Positions 53,553-63,223 of a DNA stretch of 64,000 nucleotides are shown here, in pieces. Numbering within the stretch: position 1 is the first letter of the stretch; each line of letters opens with the position of its first letter. Source of the stretch: an uncultured Spirochaetota bacterium (lineage in GTDB: Bacteria; Spirochaetota; Spirochaetia; SZUA-6; Fen-1364); contig CAVUXE010000057.1 in the NCBI GenBank assembly GCA_963745235.1, positions 9,844 through 73,843 of the forward strand, written 5' to 3'. The notes below the pieces were generated by a model that was not told the DNA's origin, ran no database searches, and saw only the letters and a program-made list of their open reading frames with translations. The position numbers were made by a program, and so were the translations under genes.

Positions 53553-53760
53553 TCAGTACTTGCCCGGCGTACGGCATGAGCTTCTTGACGCGCTTCTGCT
53601 CGACAGAGCTGAGCGTGGCGGGAAGGCGCAGGCGTCTCTTCCTCTTGGCGTTCTTCTTGGTGAGGATATGGCGCAGGCCCTGCTTCTTGTAGCGCACCTT
53701 TCCCGTGCCGGTGACATGGTAGCGCTTGGCCGCGGCTTTCTTCGTCTTCATCTTGGGCAT
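53553..53760 (-). CDS. rpmI: 50S ribosomal protein L35; the stop codon is reachable only after a 1-nt frame change
   Basis: [52 protein letters not shown]. In the sequence as given the frame stays open for 321 codons, to 52795. A shift near 53556-53570 gives ..AGKY-stop at 53553. Confidence 0.85.
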
Positions 53761-53763
53761 TGT

Positions 53764-54294
53764 CTATCCTTTCTTGGCCTTGGTTCCCTTTGGGTTCAGG
53801 AGGATCGACATCGTTCGACCTTCCATCTGGGCGGGCTTCTCCACGAGGAAGGAGTCTCCGAGCATCTCCAGGATCTTGTCCAGTACATCCTTGCCGAGCT
53901 CCGTGTGCGCAAGCTCACGGCCGCGGAAGCGGACCGTCACCTTGACCTTGTTCCCCTCATCGAGGAACTCGCGCACATGTCGCGTTTTGAACTCCAGGTC
54001 ATGCCCGTCGATTTTCGGCTGCATCCGGATCTCTTTGATCCGGATCTGCTTCTGGTGCTTCTTTGACTCCCGGCTCTTCTTCTCGAGCTCGAACTTGTAT
54101 TTTCCGTAATCGAGGAGCTTGCATACCGGCGGTTGGGCCTGCGGGGCTACTTCCACCAGATCCAGCCCGCCTTCCCTTGCCATCTGGAGGGCTTCGAACG
54201 TCGGCACGATGCCTTTCTGGTTGCCATCCGCGTCGATCAAACGCACTTCGCGGACCCGAATGCCTTCATTGATCCTGAGATCCTTTTCGGCCAA
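53764..54294 (-). CDS. infC: Translation initiation factor IF-3
   Basis: [29 protein letters not shown].. and C-domain ..[17 protein letters not shown].. Non-ATG start (ATA 54297 or TTG 54294) after GGGAAGGAGG, in line with the unusual start codons known for infC. Confidence 0.88.
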   Translation of the reverse strand: MAEKDLRINEGIRVREVRLIDADGNQKGIVPTFEALQMAREGGLDLVEVAPQAQPPVCKLLDYGKYKFELEKKSRESKKHQKQIRIKEIRMQPKIDGHDLEFKTRHVREFLDEGNKVKVTVRFRGRELAHTELGKDVLDKILEMLGDSFLVEKPAQMEGRTMSILLNPKGTKAKKG

Positions 54295-54395
54295 TATACC
54301 TCCTTCCCACGATATGGGGATTTCGCCGACTATATCACCGGGCCAGAAAAAGGTCAAACGGCCTTTGCCGCGGTGCCGCCCTTCGACCTGCGTGT

Positions 54396-55946
54396 CTAGA
54401 GGTTGTCCAGAAGTGCGTTCCACCTGTCCTGCAAGTACTTTTTGAAGTCGTACTCCAGGCGGTAGTCAGGAGCAAGCTCTTCGACGAACCGTGTGAGGTC
54501 GGAAAACACGGACTCCAGCTGTGACACCAGCTCTGCCTGCTCTCTCTTCTCGGGTGGCGCCTGGAAGCTTGGAACGAACATGGACTCCTTCAGCTTCTCA
54601 AGCGAGGCATCCCGGGCGTCTGCTCCTTCGGCGTTCTTCAGGATGTCGCTCGGGTTCTTGGTGACTTCCTTCGCTACATACGCCATGATGGGGTCCTTGA
54701 TCCCCTTGGCGTTAACCTTTCCCATGCTCGTGCATCGCACGTACTCATGGACCTCTTCGAATGTTCCCTGCGTGAGAACGACGTCTCCCTTGCCCGCGAC
54801 ACTCTGCATTCGCGAGGCGACATTCACCGTCTCCCCGAAGATGTCGTTGTCCCGCCTGATCACCGGACCCGTGTTCAGGCCGACCCTCGCTTCGAACTTC
54901 TCCTGCTCGACGCGCACAGCGCTGTAGTCACGGATCTTTTTCTGGATCTCCAGGGCGGCGATGGTGGCGGTGTAGGGAGTCTTGAACACCGCGAGAATTC
55001 CGTCCCCCATCTTCTTGACGATAGAGCCCCGGTTTGCGGCTATGGTGGAGGTAACGATCTCCTCGAACGCCTTTATGATTTTTATCAGGATTGACATGTC
55101 GAGCCGTGTGGACTTTTCCGTGGAGTCGGCGATATCCACGAAAAGGACCGTCAGTTCCTGCGTGTGCTCGCGTTTGAACTTGAACTCGATTTTGCCCTGA
55201 CCAAGGCTGCTCTCCACCGGAGCGAGGGGCGCGGCGGCGGGCTCACCCGGTTGTGACCTGCCGCCGGGCAGTGCCTTGAGGAGCGACACGAGCCGCTGGC
55301 GTATGTCCTCCGCGAATCCCCCCTGGCTCAGATCCGGGAGGAGCCTGCGGAGCGCTTCCTGCACGGGCACGTTTTCCAACAGGATCGCATCCAGCACGAT
55401 ATCGAAAGTTTCCCGTGAGATGGGCTTGGAAATCGAGGAAAGAACCTCCGCGATGACCTTGTGGTCTCCGGCCTGCACGAAGTCCTTCAGGACCTGGGCC
55501 GCATAGTCGTCTCCAATGGCAAGGAGGGCCAGGAGCGCCTCGACTGTCACGCCTTCGTCAGGGTCTTCCAGCAGTACGTACAGTCGATTCGTGACGACAT
55601 CCGAGGTGGCCCCTTCCGTGCCCGTGCTGATTGCCTTGAGGAGTCGAATGCCGACCTTCCTTCCCGCAGGCGTTCCATGGCTGGTCAGGTCAATAGCCTG
55701 GTGCTCGATGGCTGGGTCCATGTTCGTGCACAGGATGTCCCCCACCCGAAGCTTCAGAGCCTCATCAACGTCTTTCACGTCCACGATGCGAAGGAGCGGC
55801 GGGAGAAGTTTCTTTGACTCCATGAGGCCGTTCTTCTTCTGATCCCCCTCTCCTTTTTGCATCTTCTCCAGGGTCTCTACCACGAGCGCCCGGGAAAGGG
55901 GGTTGAGGGAAGGGACCAGGAGGACCTGGGTGAGCGGACCTATCAT
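54396..55946 (-). CDS. HEAT-repeat protein with a C-terminal class III adenylate/guanylate cyclase domain
   Basis: Cyclase core [49 protein letters not shown]. The frame stays open upstream of ATG 55946 (..[29 protein letters not shown]). Confidence 0.8.
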   Translation of the reverse strand: MIGPLTQVLLVPSLNPLSRALVVETLEKMQKGEGDQKKNGLMESKKLLPPLLRIVDVKDVDEALKLRVGDILCTNMDPAIEHQAIDLTSHGTPAGRKVGIRLLKAISTGTEGATSDVVTNRLYVLLEDPDEGVTVEALLALLAIGDDYAAQVLKDFVQAGDHKVIAEVLSSISKPISRETFDIVLDAILLENVPVQEALRRLLPDLSQGGFAEDIRQRLVSLLKALPGGRSQPGEPAAAPLAPVESSLGQGKIEFKFKREHTQELTVLFVDIADSTEKSTRLDMSILIKIIKAFEEIVTSTIAANRGSIVKKMGDGILAVFKTPYTATIAALEIQKKIRDYSAVRVEQEKFEARVGLNTGPVIRRDNDIFGETVNVASRMQSVAGKGDVVLTQGTFEEVHEYVRCTSMGKVNAKGIKDPIMAYVAKEVTKNPSDILKNAEGADARDASLEKLKESMFVPSFQAPPEKREQAELVSQLESVFSDLTRFVEELAPDYRLEYDFKKYLQDRWNALLDNL

Positions 55947-57442
55947 TATTCGCGGGGGAATGAAGCGGGCGCCGCGAATGTAGCCGTTGAGAGATCGGAT
56001 GTTCTTTCCCGGCTCCGGAAGTACTTCTGTGACTGTTCGATGATGGACCTGGTCAGGAGCTGGCAGAGCGTGACAACGCTTGTCTCTTCGAGGAAGTAGA
56101 CGCGCTCCACGCGTGCGAAGTCCAGGATGTCCTGGATTCTCTTGGAAGCGGACCGTATCTCCAGCGCTCCGGCGACCCTGATGAGGCGATTGAGCCGTCG
56201 GATGTAGAACGGCCTGTTGAGGTCCACCTTGGTGAGCTGCGATACCACGAGCAGCTTGTCTTTCTTCTCCGTGAGCGTGAAGAGGGGGACGCAGGCCTCC
56301 AGCCGGTTCAGGTCCTCCTTTGGCGCGGAGGACAGCAGGCTGCGCACCTGGGCGAGGGGCGGGGTCCGCGCGGTGAATCCGTCCTCCTTGAAGAAGGCCA
56401 TGACATCCGCCAGAAGCGTTGGAGTGGCATACTTCTCCAATATGGTCGCAAAGACCGTCGCCAGAAGGACTTCCTTGTTGGTGATGCCTGCCAGTGATAT
56501 GTAGTTCTTTCTCACCTTGGCAAACACGTTGTCCAGATGGGCTGATGCGACAACGGAGAACTCACTCAGGAGGTGGGGTGAGGCGCTTTTCACCTCGACC
56601 ACGACCTTCTTCAGAAAGTCCCCGATGAGGGCTTCCGTCTCTGCGTCCACGTACGGGCAGATGAGAAGCAGGCGGAACACCCGTGTGGGGAACCTGAGCC
56701 GGCCCTGGAAATCTCTGAGGCAGCACAGGAACGAGTGAAGCGTTTGCCGCGAAGACCTCTGGAGCGTTTCCAGAACGTAGTTCGGCCGGGGATTCTTCGC
56801 CTTCAGCGTGTGCAGGCACAGGTATGCGCCAAGGGCAACGGGAGACAGCGAGCGCTCGTCCAGCGCAACCACCTCCTGGCTGCCGGACTGGAGCATCCTG
56901 TTCAGGGCGGCTTCCTGGACTCCCGAGGATACCTTGGGAAGAGTTTCCACCAGAACCGCGTACTTTTCCGTGTCCACCAGTGATTCCGCTGCAACTCGCC
57001 GTACAGCGTCGCTTTGCTTCCCGTCGGAATAGACGGCCTGGTTGAGCTCCAGGACCTGGAGCCCGGAGGGTGCGATGGTGTTGATGGCCCGCAGGATCTG
57101 GCTGCGAACGTCCTCTTCGGGGAAGTGGTTGAAGTACTTGATCAGCTGGGCCACCGAGGAGGGAGCGCGGATGCCGGCAAGCGCCTCGATGGCCGCAATG
57201 CGCTGCGTCTTTCTCCCGCGCTCGATGATCTGGTAGAGGTGGGGGATGGCTATCTCATTCCCGAGGGAGCCCGAAGCGCCGATTGCGGCTTCGCTCACTC
57301 CCATGTCAGAGTTGTAGAACTCCTTCACGAGCAGGGTGAAAATCTCCTCCTCGTAGTAGTTCTTGAGCAGCTTCAGTGCGGTAATCTTGCCTTCGCGGCC
57401 GAGCCCGCCGGAAGTCTTGGTTGCGCCAGGTTTTTGCATCAT
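55946..57442 (-). CDS. HEAT-repeat protein, possibly the N-terminal part of the cyclase protein
   Basis: HEAT-like units (..AIPHLYQIIERGRKTQRIAAIEALAGIRAPSSVAQLIKYF..). Ends in TAATGATAG, overlapping the next ATG. Start set to ATG 57442 because the ORF's 5' end (TTG 57517) is the -35 box of the predicted promoter. Confidence 0.65.
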   Translation of the reverse strand: MMQKPGATKTSGGLGREGKITALKLLKNYYEEEIFTLLVKEFYNSDMGVSEAAIGASGSLGNEIAIPHLYQIIERGRKTQRIAAIEALAGIRAPSSVAQLIKYFNHFPEEDVRSQILRAINTIAPSGLQVLELNQAVYSDGKQSDAVRRVAAESLVDTEKYAVLVETLPKVSSGVQEAALNRMLQSGSQEVVALDERSLSPVALGAYLCLHTLKAKNPRPNYVLETLQRSSRQTLHSFLCCLRDFQGRLRFPTRVFRLLLICPYVDAETEALIGDFLKKVVVEVKSASPHLLSEFSVVASAHLDNVFAKVRKNYISLAGITNKEVLLATVFATILEKYATPTLLADVMAFFKEDGFTARTPPLAQVRSLLSSAPKEDLNRLEACVPLFTLTEKKDKLLVVSQLTKVDLNRPFYIRRLNRLIRVAGALEIRSASKRIQDILDFARVERVYFLEETSVVTLCQLLTRSIIEQSQKYFRSRERTSDLSTATFAAPASFPRE

Positions 57443-57488
57443 TCCGGACACGATTGCTCTTCCGTGACACTCCCTGCTGTCACTGTTC

Positions 57489-57517
57489 ATCGTACAGCGC
57501 GCAGACGCCAAAGTCAA
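57489..57517 (-). promoter_or_regulatory. Sigma70-like promoter for the HEAT/cyclase genes
   Basis: On the minus strand: TTGACT, 17-nt spacer, TACGAT. Confidence 0.4.
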
Positions 57518-57563
57518 TTGGGACCGTTGCCAGCGTCTGAACTTTTATCATATAGTCGTGCGC

Positions 57564-58547
57564 ATGCATCCCCGCCGCCTCGCCGCAGCCTCGTCCCTTG
57601 TCCTGTGCGCCGCTCTCCTCGTCACGGGTTGCGTCACCTCGCAGAGCGGGAAGCAGATCGCATCGGATTACTACAACATCGGCAACGCCTTCTTCGACCT
57701 TGGCCAGTTCGACAAGGCAATCCAGTACTACCAGGACGCCCTCCGTGTCGACCCCAGCATGGTCAAAGCGGACTACAACCTCGCGCTCACCCTGATCCGT
57801 CTGAAGCGAAGCGAGGAGGCTGTGACTATCCTCAAACGCCTCCTGATGAGCGATCCCAAGAACACGACGCTGATGGCCGCACTCGGCTGGGCTTACCACC
57901 AGCTGGGCAGGGACAAGGAGGCCCTTGACCAATACGAGGCTCTCCTCGCTCTTTCCCCGGCGGACCAGAATGCCCTGTACGACAGCGGCATCATTCTGTG
58001 GAAGCTCGGCAGAAAGGAGGACGCGCTGGCGCGCTTCCGCAAGGTGCTTGCCTTCGCGCCCGACGACACGGATGCGCTTTTTGCCGCAGGGTCCATCCTC
58101 CTCTCCCTTGACCAGGCCAGCGACTCGGCGGACATGCTGTCACGGTATATCGAGAAGAAGCCTGATGACATTGACGCGTGGTACCTGATCGCGGCGGGAG
58201 CCGAAAGGCAAAAAAAGTACTCGCGTGCGCTGGAGGCCTTCGACAAGATCATTTCCATAGATGGAAAACAGGCAAACGCCTGGTTCGGGGAAGCGCGTCT
58301 CCTTCTGACCGTGGTAGAGGACCCGCAGAAGGGGCTGGATTCGCTGGACAAGGCACTCGCCTCGGGCTTCAAGGACAAGGATGCCGTGAAGCTTCTTCTT
58401 TCCTCACCGCAGCTCCTGGAAAAGGGCAAGGTCGAACAGGCGTTCAAGGAACACGACCTGCTTCCCGAGGAGCCGCAGAAATCCCAGCCTGCGGAGGCTC
58501 TCCAGAAGCCCCAGCAGCCAGAAGTGCCTTCGAAACCGCAACAGTAG
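57564..58547 (+). CDS. TPR-repeat lipoprotein
   Basis: Signal peptide with lipobox LLVTGC, several TPR units, and a Pro/Gln-rich C-terminal tail. ATG 57564; GTG 57558 is also possible. Confidence 0.8.
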   Translation: MHPRRLAAASSLVLCAALLVTGCVTSQSGKQIASDYYNIGNAFFDLGQFDKAIQYYQDALRVDPSMVKADYNLALTLIRLKRSEEAVTILKRLLMSDPKNTTLMAALGWAYHQLGRDKEALDQYEALLALSPADQNALYDSGIILWKLGRKEDALARFRKVLAFAPDDTDALFAAGSILLSLDQASDSADMLSRYIEKKPDDIDAWYLIAAGAERQKKYSRALEAFDKIISIDGKQANAWFGEARLLLTVVEDPQKGLDSLDKALASGFKDKDAVKLLLSSPQLLEKGKVEQAFKEHDLLPEEPQKSQPAEALQKPQQPEVPSKPQQ

Positions 58548-58560
58548 CGAGGACAGGCCC

Positions 58561-59196
58561 TTACTTCGGCTTCCCGAGGGCCTTGCGGATCTGGACCAGC
58601 GTATCCTCCGGTGACTTCGATGAATCGATGTCCCGCAGCAGCTCTTTCTTTCTATAGTAATTTATGAGAGGTTCTGTTTGCTTCTTGTAGACGTCCAGCC
58701 TGTTGGTGATGGATTCCAGGGTATCATCCGGACGGGTGTAGAGAGGGCCGCCGCACCTGTCACATACGCCTTTGACCTTGGAGGGCATGTTCTTCACGTG
58801 GTAGATGGCGCCGCAGTTCTTGCATACCTCGCGCCCCGAGAGCCTTTCAATGACGATTGCGTCACTGATGGTGAAGTTCACGACCGCGCCTATTCCCTGG
58901 AACTCCCCGAGCGCTTCAGCCTGTGGGATGGTACGGGGAAAGCCGTCCAGGATGTAGCCGCTGCCCGCATCCGGCTGGCCGAGTCTCTCCCGGACAAGGC
59001 TGACGGTCAGCTCGTCGGGAACCAGGTCTCCTCTCCCGACGATCTCCTTCACCTTCTTCCCGAGCTCAGTCTCCCGCTTGATTGCGTCACGGAAGATGTC
59101 CCCCGTGGAGATCTGGGGGATGCCGTACTCCTTGCTGACAAGTCCAGCCAGCGTGCCTTTGCCCGCACCGGGGGGGCCGAGAAAGATCAGATTCAT
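58561..59196 (-). CDS. adk: Adenylate kinase (zinc-lid type)
   Basis: GPPGAGKGT, a lid with CKNCG..CDRCG, and GFPRT. Confidence 0.95.
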   Translation of the reverse strand: MNLIFLGPPGAGKGTLAGLVSKEYGIPQISTGDIFRDAIKRETELGKKVKEIVGRGDLVPDELTVSLVRERLGQPDAGSGYILDGFPRTIPQAEALGEFQGIGAVVNFTISDAIVIERLSGREVCKNCGAIYHVKNMPSKVKGVCDRCGGPLYTRPDDTLESITNRLDVYKKQTEPLINYYRKKELLRDIDSSKSPEDTLVQIRKALGKPK

Positions 59197-59202
59197 TCTT
59201 CT

Positions 59203-59442
59203 TTACACCTCTGCCACGACAGTCACCGGCTCGGGACCATACTTCCTGAGTATCTGATACCTGGTCGTGCAGTCCTTCGAGCAGTGTTCGTCGTCAAATC
59301 CCTTGCCGCGCGGGAAATACTTCCCGCAATTGATGCATGATGCGTAGAGTCGGGTGCACTCTTCAGCACAGTACCCACGCGCCACGACGGCGCCCGCTGT
59401 GACATATTTCCCGCATGTTCGGCAGGTGATGAAATGCGTCAT
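59203..59442 (-). CDS. Small Cys-rich protein with duplicated CxxCGK...Cx3C modules (zinc-ribbon-like)
   Basis: CRTCGKYV..YCAEEC and CINCGKYF..HCSKDC. 79 aa; 4-nt overlap with the ahcY stop. Confidence 0.5.
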   Translation of the reverse strand: MTHFITCRTCGKYVTAGAVVARGYCAEECTRLYASCINCGKYFPRGKGFDDEHCSKDCTTRYQILRKYGPEPVTVVAEV

Positions 59443-60695
59443 GTCCCGCTCGCAAAATCCTTGAGATAGGCAACCTGGGCCGGGGTGAGGGTGTCGATTC
59501 TCTTGCCCATGGTTGCAAGCTTCACCGACGCGATCTCGCAGTCCTGCGCCCTGTCTATGGTGTACACTTTTTTCTCCATGGACGCCCCTTCGCGGGCGAG
59601 TCGAACCAGGGAGAGGAACTGGTTTGCGAAGGACATGTCCATGACTTCGGAGGGATGCCCTTCGGCCGCCGCCAGGTTGACGAGCCTGCCCTTGGCCAGC
59701 AGATAGACTCTGCGGCCGTCCTTCAGGGTGTATTCCTCGTTGTTCGCGCGGACGTCGCGAACCGATTTCGCCTGCGAGGCGAGATCAGGGATGTTGATCT
59801 CGCAATCGTAATGTCCCGTATTGCAGACCACGGCGCCGTCCTTCATCCTCTCGAAGTGCCGCTTGACGATGACGTCCTTTACTCCCGTTGCGGTGATGAA
59901 AACGTCCCCCGCCGCCGCTGCTTCGTCCATGGGCATGACCTCGAAGCCATCCATCGTGGCCCGCAGCGCCACGACGGGATCCACTTCGGTGACTATGACA
60001 TGCGCCCCCATTCCGCGCGCCCGTGTTGCCACGCCGCGGCCGCAGTGGCCGTATCCGGCAACGACGAAGTTCTTGCCGGCCAGCAGAATGGAGGTGGCGC
60101 GCAGGATGCCATCGACGGACGACTGCCCCGTGCCATAGACGTTGTCGAAGTCAGATTTGGTCTCCGCGTCGTTGACGGCGATCACCGGATACAGGAGCTT
60201 GCCGGCGTCACCCATGGCGCGCAGGCGATGCACGCCCGTGGTGGTTTCCTCTGTTCCGCCGAGGATGCCTTTTGCCAGGTCCGTGCGGGTGCTGTGAACG
60301 CGGAAGATGAGGTCCGCACCGTCATCCAGCGTAAGGGTCGGCTTGAGCTCAAGCGTCTTGTCGATGGCCCAATAGAACTCCTCCCGCGACTGCCCGTGCC
60401 AGGCGTAGATGGACAACCCGTCCGCGGCGAGGGCCGCCGCCACATCGTCCTGCGTGGACAGCGGATTGCATCCCGACCAGGAGATCTCCGCCCCTGCCGC
60501 GACAAGGGTCTTCACGAGGACTGCTGTTTCCTTGGTGACGTGAAGGCATCCGGCAACGCGCATGCCCTTCAGGGATTGTGCGCCTGCGTGCTTCTCTCTC
60601 AGGGCCATGAGCACGGGCATGCGGGATTCAGCCCATTCGATCCTGAGCTTTCCCGCTGTTGCCAGCCCCATGTCCCTGACTTTACTGTTCTGCAT
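59439..60695 (-). CDS. ahcY: Adenosylhomocysteinase
   Basis: ..HVTKETAVLVKTL..CNPLSTQDDVAAAL.. and NAD motif VAGYGHCGRGVA. ATG 60695 after AAAGGAG; the ORF's 17-codon extension overlaps the promoter. Confidence 0.95.
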   Translation of the reverse strand: MQNSKVRDMGLATAGKLRIEWAESRMPVLMALREKHAGAQSLKGMRVAGCLHVTKETAVLVKTLVAAGAEISWSGCNPLSTQDDVAAALAADGLSIYAWHGQSREEFYWAIDKTLELKPTLTLDDGADLIFRVHSTRTDLAKGILGGTEETTTGVHRLRAMGDAGKLLYPVIAVNDAETKSDFDNVYGTGQSSVDGILRATSILLAGKNFVVAGYGHCGRGVATRARGMGAHVIVTEVDPVVALRATMDGFEVMPMDEAAAAGDVFITATGVKDVIVKRHFERMKDGAVVCNTGHYDCEINIPDLASQAKSVRDVRANNEEYTLKDGRRVYLLAKGRLVNLAAAEGHPSEVMDMSFANQFLSLVRLAREGASMEKKVYTIDRAQDCEIASVKLATMGKRIDTLTPAQVAYLKDFASGT

Positions 60696-60717
60696 CCGCG
60701 CTCCTTTTCCTCTAGGG

Positions 60718-60746
60718 ATAGTAGTGACCGCAATGGGCGGAGTCAA
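60718..60746 (-). promoter_or_regulatory. Sigma70-like promoter for ahcY
   Basis: On the minus strand: TTGACT, 17-nt spacer, TACTAT, leaving a leader of only about 20 nt. Confidence 0.45.
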
Positions 60747-60815
60747 GGATCGGGCTTGCGGACTGCTCGAGCTGTTTTTTTCTGCGAAAATTATTGGCGA
60801 AATTTCCCGGGACTA

Positions 60816-60844
60816 TTGACACGTTCCGGAAATGAGTATATAAA
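60816..60844 (+). promoter_or_regulatory. rrn operon promoter
   Basis: TTGACA (60816..60821), 17-nt spacer, TATAAA (60839..60844), preceded by an A/T-rich UP-like tract (GAAAATTATTGGCGAAATTT), about 220 nt upstream of 16S. Confidence 0.6.
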
Positions 60845-60945
60845 ACCACCTTGCCTCAAGGGAGAACGGCTCGAGTCTGAAAAGGGCATCCGCCCCGTGG
60901 GCTCGGTCGTCTGAGCCTTTGAGTGGCGCCGCAAGGCGTCGGCTG

Positions 60946-60978
60946 GTTTTTGACAGTCAAGGGAAGGGGAGAAAGAGG
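60946..60978 (+). promoter_or_regulatory. Conserved rrn leader element (BoxA-like), copy 1
   Basis: TTTTGACAGTCAAGGGAAGGGGAGAAAGAGG. A near-identical element recurs upstream of 23S. Confidence 0.5.
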
Positions 60979-61065
60979 TCAGCTTCTTCCGAGCTTCGGC
61001 GCGGAAGTAAGTGAGAGCGGGTCAACAAGATAGATAAAAGATCCTCCCGCAAGGGAGGGTTGTAT

Positions 61066-62615
<1,550 letters not shown>

Positions 62616-62747
62616 GAGAAACGTGGCCTTCGCGAAAGCGGGGCCGCACAACTCGCTCTCCCTCAAACTCTCCTCCCTTTTCTGTATAGCGCCAGCCGCG
62701 GACGTGGTCGGTGATGCCGTCTTCACTGCGGCGACTGTCCAACACTT

Positions 62748-62825
62748 GGGGCTGTAGCTCAGATGGTTAGAGCGGCGCCTGATAAGCATAGGTGGTTAGT
62801 TCAACTCTCCATACCTCCAGGCCCA
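62748..62825 (+). tRNA. tRNA-Ile(GAU)-like element with an aberrant 3' half
   Basis: GGGGCTG-TA-GCTC-AGATGGTTA-GAGC is a canonical acceptor/D-arm, and CTGATAA carries anticodon GAT at 62781..62783. The 3' anticodon-stem strand (GCATA) does not pair, no T-stem forms around TTCAACT, and the element is 4-5 nt too long. The 3' acceptor CAGGCCC pairs with one mismatch. Confidence 0.45.
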
Positions 62826-62866
62826 CGAGCGGCGATCGAGCGCGCTGAACATCCGCGGATGACTGC

Positions 62867-62992
62867 GTGAGAACCTCACAGAGTACCGTGAGAGAACCTC
62901 ACAGGGTACTGTGAGAGTGTCGACGAGCACTTCGTGCTTATCGACAATCCCGCGGAGTACCGCGGGAGAACCTCACGGAGTACTGTGAGAGG
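62867..62992 (+). repeat. Cluster of related hairpin repeats in the 16S-23S spacer
   Basis: GAGAACCTCACAGAGTACCGTGAGAG, AGAACCTCACAGGGTACTGTGAGAG, CCCGCGGAGTACCGCGGGAGAA and GAGAACCTCACGGAGTACTGTGAGAG, plus a nested hairpin TGTCGA..GAGCACttcGTGCTT..TCGACA at 62918..62946. Confidence 0.8.
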
Positions 62993-62995
62993 GAT

Positions 62996-63026
62996 CTTTG
63001 ACAACTCAAGGGAAGGAAGAACGAGG
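62996..63026 (+). promoter_or_regulatory. Conserved rrn spacer element (BoxA-like), copy 2
   Basis: CTTTGACAACTCAAGGGAAGGAAGAACGAGG, similar to 60946..60978 apart from one indel and a few substitutions. Confidence 0.5.
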
Positions 63027-63162
63027 AGCGCAGTGTCTGTCCATTTGGCACCGGAAAGACGCTGCGAGAGCACGCGGTCGAGGTCGGACCTGAGGATCGA
63101 ACCGCTGAGCAAGTCAGCGCCAGACGATGGGGTCGCGAGCGACAGATCGCCACGGGGAAACT

Positions 63163-63216
63163 CCGCGAATACGCGGAAGCCGTGCGAGAATCCCACGGAA
63201 ATACCGTGGGAGAGGG
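63163..63216 (+). repeat. Two further hairpins just upstream of 23S
   Basis: CCGCG-AATA-CGCGG (63163..63176) and GAGAAT-CCCACGG-AAATA-CCGTGGG-AGAGGG (63186..63216). The second has the same flanks as the spacer repeat family. Confidence 0.7.
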
Positions 63217-63223
63217 AAAATAT

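Noticed and set aside
52795-53760. The 321-aa ORF taken as a real L35-ZapB fusion protein.
   Set aside because: Its middle third is rplT read out of frame (Arg/Gly/Ser-rich nonsense). L20 and the zapB-like gene have their own RBS and start signals.
55940-55952. The triple stop TAATGATAG as a deliberate strong terminator separating two genes.
   Set aside because: The same bases read ATA-ATG-ATA-GGT (IMIG) in the continuing cyclase frame. The preceding ~20 codons of the upstream frame look like out-of-frame sequence, so a frame break is the simpler explanation.
60696-60815. An SAH riboswitch upstream of ahcY.
   Set aside because: The predicted promoter (TTGACT-17-TACTAT) leaves a leader of only about 20 nt, and the remaining upstream sequence belongs to the divergent rrn promoter region. 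There is no room for the riboswitch fold.
63085-63110. GGATCGAACC, the reverse complement of a canonical T-loop (GGTTCGATCC), which could suggest an antisense tRNA or the missing tRNA half.
   Set aside because: The flanking bases do not form a T-stem, anticodon arm or acceptor stem on either strand. It is most likely chance similarity or a highly decayed remnant.
62867-63216. The hairpin repeats in the spacer considered as a CRISPR array.
   Set aside because: Repeats are about 25 nt with irregular spacing of 19-55 nt and some overlap, there are no unique spacers of constant length, no cas genes are present, and the region lies inside an rRNA transcript.
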